A DNA stretch of 64,000 nucleotides from Candidatus Methanomethylophilaceae archaeon (lineage in GTDB: Archaea; Thermoplasmatota; Thermoplasmata; Methanomassiliicoccales; Methanomethylophilaceae), in assembly GCA_944320485.1 (NCBI GenBank), contig CALUHQ010000072.1, positions 9,154 through 73,153 of the forward strand, read 5' to 3'. The first letter of the stretch is position 1, and every line of letters starts with the position of its first letter. Shown here piece by piece: positions 60,312-64,000 of this stretch. The notes beneath the pieces were generated by a model. It did no database searches. It was not told the origin of the DNA and saw only the letters and a list, made by a program, of their open reading frames with translations. Position numbers and translations under genes: made by a program.

Positions 60312-60695
60312 ATGGGCAAGTTCTCCATCAAGCCGACATCCAACGGCGGGTACATGTTCAACCTCATCGCGAACAACCACCAGGTAATCTGCACCTCACA
60401 GGTGTACGCCAGCATCACCAACGCCAAGGCCGGGGCGGAAAGCGTCCGCACCAACTGCTCGGCGCCCATCGAGGACCAGACCGTAGAAGGCTACGAGACC
60501 GTCAAGCACCCGAAGTATGAGGTGTACCTCGACGTCGGAGGCAAGACCAGGTTCCGCCTCAAGGCCGCCAACGGGGAGATCATCGCCGCATCGCAGGCGT
60601 ACGCTGACAAGGCATCCTGCCTGAAGGGCATCGCCAGCATAGCCGCCCATGCCCCCGAGGCGGAGATCGTGGTCGAGGAGCAGGACTCCGAGTGA
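60312..60695 (+). CDS. YegP/DUF1508-family protein
   Basis: Two repeats FNLIANNHQVICTSQVY / FRLKAANGEIIAASQAY. Confidence 0.9.
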   Translation: MGKFSIKPTSNGGYMFNLIANNHQVICTSQVYASITNAKAGAESVRTNCSAPIEDQTVEGYETVKHPKYEVYLDVGGKTRFRLKAANGEIIAASQAYADKASCLKGIASIAAHAPEAEIVVEEQDSE

Positions 60696-61278
60696 ATCGG
60701 ACCCGATGCTTACGAAGAAGGGCGTTGGTCCAGGGCCTCCCCTCCGAGTCCCGGTCGACCCACACCCTCTCCACCTCGAACCCGGCATCCTCGGCGATGG
60801 GACGGATCGCTTCCGGCTCCAGGTCGGTGTACCAGCGCCCGTCCCTGTAGCCCCGGTATCCGCCCTTCTTGAACGACGCGAAGAGGATGCCGTCATCCCT
60901 CAGCGCCCTGCGGATCAGGACCAGGACGTCCCTCAGCTCCGGACATGCAAGATGGAGGAGCGACGCGCATGCCCACACACCGTCGAACTCGTCCTCGTAG
61001 TCCAGGCCCTCGAACGACAGCAACCTGACCGGTTCACCGATGACCGTCTCAGCCGCACGGCACATGCCCTCGGAGCCGTCCACGGGGACAACCAGGAAGC
61101 CCTCTTCCCTGAAAGCCACCGTATCCCTTCCGGAGCCGCATCCGAGGTCCAGTATCCTGGCCCCCGGCCTCAGCAGGGATGCGAAGGCCCCCCTGGAGGC
61201 AGACACATCCCTGTGGATCGTGGATTCCGCGTATCCCTCCGGATCCGAGTTGTAGAATGCTATCGTGACCTTATCCAC
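60580..61278 (-). CDS. Class I SAM-dependent methyltransferase
   Basis: ILDLGCGSGRD, FDGVWACASLLH. Confidence 0.85.
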   Translation of the reverse strand: MDKVTIAFYNSDPEGYAESTIHRDVSASRGAFASLLRPGARILDLGCGSGRDTVAFREEGFLVVPVDGSEGMCRAAETVIGEPVRLLSFEGLDYEDEFDGVWACASLLHLACPELRDVLVLIRRALRDDGILFASFKKGGYRGYRDGRWYTDLEPEAIRPIAEDAGFEVERVWVDRDSEGRPWTNALLRKHRVRFTRSPAPRPRSPPRGHGRLCWRCPSGRMPCQRTPAMRR

Positions 61279-61373
61279 GGAAGGTCATCGCGTCATCCGA
61301 TGAATAACCTGCGAGACCGTACGTTGCGGAAACAACGCATCGGTTAAGACCGTCTCAGCGCAATGGCTCCTTT

Positions 61374-61784
61374 ATGACCGATCCCGAGGGCCGGAGGACA
61401 CGCGAGAAGGAGACGGTACGCGTCATGGTGCACATGTACTGCAGGGGTAACCATCACACCGGGGATGCCCTTTGTCCGGCGTGTTCGGAGCTCCTCGAAT
61501 ACGCCCATGCGAGGATAGACGGTTGCCCCTTCGGGGATGGGAAGGGCAGATGCTCGTCCTGCGAGGTCCACTGCTACAGCCCTGCCATGAGGGATCGCAT
61601 CAGGGAGGTCATGCGCTACAGCGGCCCCCGCATGGTCCTGCATCCGCTACTCGCAATCAGGCACTTCGCTGGGAGACGATATCAGGGATCGTCCTCGCGG
61701 CACCGGTCTATGACGATCTCGTCCGCATGCACCCTGTCGCCGATCCTCTTGGTCATCATGCCCGCCTCCATGGATGCTGCGTAG
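61374..61784 (+). CDS. YgbA / nitrous-oxide-stimulated promoter family protein
   Basis: REKETV...YC...H...CPAC...CPFG...CSSCEVHCY...VMRYSGPRM..HP. Confidence 0.85.
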   Translation: MTDPEGRRTREKETVRVMVHMYCRGNHHTGDALCPACSELLEYAHARIDGCPFGDGKGRCSSCEVHCYSPAMRDRIREVMRYSGPRMVLHPLLAIRHFAGRRYQGSSSRHRSMTISSACTLSPILLVIMPASMDAA

Positions 61785-62029
61785 ACCACGCCCATCGGCA
61801 CGAGGCATGTGGCGGTCAGCATGTCGCGCACACCGGACCTGTTGACCACGCTGTTGCTGAAGTCGATTATGTCCATCTCCGTCATCGTGGTGAGACGTTC
61901 CGCGTAACGCTGCACGTTCTCGCAGTCCGATTCTATGGAGATGTCGAAGTCCCCGTCATCCCTGCGGGAAACGCTGATCCTCGCGCTCCGATCGCAGGTG
62001 TTCATGTTGACGTAGATCACAGAAGGCAT
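61682..62029 (-). CDS. Small Cys-containing protein (DUF6951-like)
   Basis: C...IESDC...CLVP pattern; TTTAA promoter-like element upstream. Confidence 0.7.
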   Translation of the reverse strand: MPSVIYVNMNTCDRSARISVSRRDDGDFDISIESDCENVQRYAERLTTMTEMDIIDFSNSVVNRSGVRDMLTATCLVPMGVVYAASMEAGMMTKRIGDRVHADEIVIDRCREDDP

Positions 62030-62061
62030 CGTCGGGTGATGGCAAAGAGGGTTTAAGCGGT

Positions 62062-63405
62062 TTAGCTGCGGGAGAGGATGTTCTCCACTGCCCTGCCGAT
62101 CCAGTCCCTCTCGGAGAGGGCGTGCTGGTGCATGTATGACCCGATGGAGTTACCCGACAGAAGTCCGTCCATCCTGCCGGAGATGCCCTGGCCCCTTTTG
62201 ACGGAGAACCCGAACCTGGCGCCTTCGGCTGGGAAGACGTCGGAGTAGTGGTACTCATGCCCCCTGACCGTCCCCGAGAACGACGGGTTGGAGGGCTCCG
62301 CATCCGCTATGACGTAGGTCGGCCCGTGGCGCACCCCGGTCATCCTGGACTCCGCGTCGAGGATGCCCGCCATCCTGTGCGTGACGCCCTGCGCATCGGT
62401 TATGGACCTGCACATGGTCATGAGACCGCCGCATTCCCCGATGACCATCCTTCCCTCGGCGGAGACGGACCTGAGCCCCTCCAGGAAGTCCCCGTTGGCG
62501 GAGATGTCCGCCGCGTGGAGCTCCGGATAGCCGCCGCCCAGGTAGTATAGGTCTGCGTCAGGCAGGGGGTCGCCCTCGGTGGGACGGAACGTCTCCACCC
62601 TGAACCCGGATGCCTCCAGGCATTCGATGTTCTCCCTGTAGTAGAAGCAGTAGGCGTCGTCCATGGGGACCGCCGCCCTGAGGCCGCAGTCGCGCTCGGT
62701 GTAGGGCGATCCCGTGGGCAGGTCGACAGGACAGGACTCGGCTATGTCCAGGACCCTGTCCAAGTCTATCGGCTCCGTGAGCTCCTGGAGGGGTGTGATC
62801 TCCCTCTCGGCAAACGTCCTCAGCGTACGGAGCCCGAGATACCTCTGCTCCAGGGCCTTGTCGGGGTTCTTTGGGATCATACCCACCAGCTGCACGTCGG
62901 GACAGTACCTCTCCATGGCCGTGCGGAGCTTGTCGGAATGCTGCCTCCCGGAGACGTTGTTCAGGATCACTCCCGCGATCCTCACGTCTGGATCGAAGGA
63001 CCTGAACCCGTTGATCAGCGCGGCCGCGCTGCGGGTGAGGGACCTGGCGTCGACTATCAGGATCACCGGGAACCCGAGGAGCTTCGACAGGTAGGCGGTG
63101 GACCCGATGTCCTCGTCCCCCCTGAGGCCCTCGTAGAGCCCCCTGACCCCCTCTATGACGCAGATGTCCGCATCCCGGGACGCGTATCCGACCAGGTTGC
63201 GGATTGTGTCGTCGTCCATCAGGAACGAGTCCAGGTTCCTGGACCTCCTCCCAGTGGCCGCCGTGTGGTACATCGGGTCGATGAAGTCGGGACCGGCCTT
63301 GAAGGCCTGGACCTTCATCGTCTTGGACAGCCTGGACATCAGGCCGGTGGTTATCGAGGTCTTGCCGACGCCGCTGCCGGTGCCTGCGAGGACCACGCCC
63401 TTCAT
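62062..63405 (-). CDS. cfbB: Ni-sirohydrochlorin a,c-diamide synthase (CbiA-like)
   Basis: GTGSGVGKT, FKAGPDFIDP, IEGVRG, GGGYPE, GECGG, GHEYHY; ATGA-coupled to cfbD. Confidence 0.85.
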   Translation of the reverse strand: MKGVVLAGTGSGVGKTSITTGLMSRLSKTMKVQAFKAGPDFIDPMYHTAATGRRSRNLDSFLMDDDTIRNLVGYASRDADICVIEGVRGLYEGLRGDEDIGSTAYLSKLLGFPVILIVDARSLTRSAAALINGFRSFDPDVRIAGVILNNVSGRQHSDKLRTAMERYCPDVQLVGMIPKNPDKALEQRYLGLRTLRTFAEREITPLQELTEPIDLDRVLDIAESCPVDLPTGSPYTERDCGLRAAVPMDDAYCFYYRENIECLEASGFRVETFRPTEGDPLPDADLYYLGGGYPELHAADISANGDFLEGLRSVSAEGRMVIGECGGLMTMCRSITDAQGVTHRMAGILDAESRMTGVRHGPTYVIADAEPSNPSFSGTVRGHEYHYSDVFPAEGARFGFSVKRGQGISGRMDGLLSGNSIGSYMHQHALSERDWIGRAVENILSRS

Positions 63406-64000
63406 TCCAGCATCTCCCTCAGGGTGTCCGCCGTCTCCAGCGGGACGATGGAGTGGGCGCCCATGACCATGGTGTGCGACGATATCTCCCCGACGGCCCA
63501 CTGGCATCCCTGGGCGAGGTAGTTCGCCAGCTGCCTGGGCTGGTCGGTGATCAGGATGTCGTCCGGACCCATGCCGGGATAGGCATGGCATATGCCGAGT
63601 ATGATGGTCAGATCGGGATGGAACGCGTCCACGACCTGCCTCATCCTGTCGCCGACTATGGCGTACTCGTCCAAGCCACCGACGACCTCGTCGATGGTCA
63701 CGCCCTTGGATACCAGGTCCGCTGCGATCTCCGCACAGTAGTTCCTGATCCTCGGCAGTCCTTTGTCGGGTTCCATGTTGGCTACGAACAGCGTCTCCCC
63801 GCCCAGCTTCCTCCTGGCGCGGTCGACGGACTCGAACATGTCGGCGAAGCGGTATGCCAGCTCCTTCTTGGCGTCCATCACCACCGCGACCCTCCCACCG
63901 TCGGAGAGGACGTCCAGGATCCTCCTGCAGACGTGCATCTTCGTCGGGCTGACGGCGGGCTTGATGTAGTCCTTGGAAGCCATGCCCACGTTCTTCTCCA
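63402..64000 (-). CDS. cfbD: Ni-sirohydrochlorin a,c-diamide reductive cyclase catalytic subunit (NifD-like), 3' part
   Basis: VAVVMDAKKELAYRFAD, GLPRIR, GGLDEY, ITDQPRQ, HTMVMG; frame runs off the window. Confidence 0.85.
   Translation of the reverse strand, partial: EKNVGMASKDYIKPAVSPTKMHVCRRILDVLSDGGRVAVVMDAKKELAYRFADMFESVDRARRKLGGETLFVANMEPDKGLPRIRNYCAEIAADLVSKGVTIDEVVGGLDEYAIVGDRMRQVVDAFHPDLTIILGICHAYPGMGPDDILITDQPRQLANYLAQGCQWAVGEISSHTMVMGAHSIVPLETADTLREMLE

Noticed and set aside
62062-63405. Calling this gene cobalamin cbiA/cobB
   Set aside because: Translational coupling to the NifD-like cfbD favours the F430 paralog cfbB

Overview
High-GC archaeal chromosomal segment, most consistent with a gut/rumen Methanomassiliicoccales methanogen. 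Support: coenzyme F430 genes cfbB/cfbD, XPD helicase, archaeal DUF234 ATPase, TATA-type promoters, Sel1/ankyrin/adhesin expansions. Layout: 0-15.6 kb accessory block of TPR/ankyrin/DUF1266/DUF4261 immunity-like genes; 15.6-35.7 kb mostly housekeeping genes (MscS, PdxK-GNAT, YgiQ, Sel1 trio, SF1 and XPD helicases); 36-45 kb two large divergent adhesin-like genes; then cls, tRNA-Ala(CGC), a PemK-like gene, a vWA/AAA/LRR-like module split by an insertion, tandem SLC13-type permeases, a DUF4143 ATPase, YqaJ and cfbB/cfbD. Main hidden signals: (1) single in-frame TAG codons inside otherwise intact cardiolipin synthase and ankyrin genes, with TAG rare as a true stop, suggesting pyrrolysine readthrough; (2) a shared poly-G / SD-occluding-hairpin leader in front of both divergent adhesins; (3) a conserved C-terminal sorting-like motif on both adhesins; (4) four CTAA-N5-TTGAA boxes at an exact 33-bp period upstream of the DUF4143 ATPase; (5) frameshifts confined to surface-protein genes and one small regulator. 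All family calls are from motif recognition by eye; no database searches were run.
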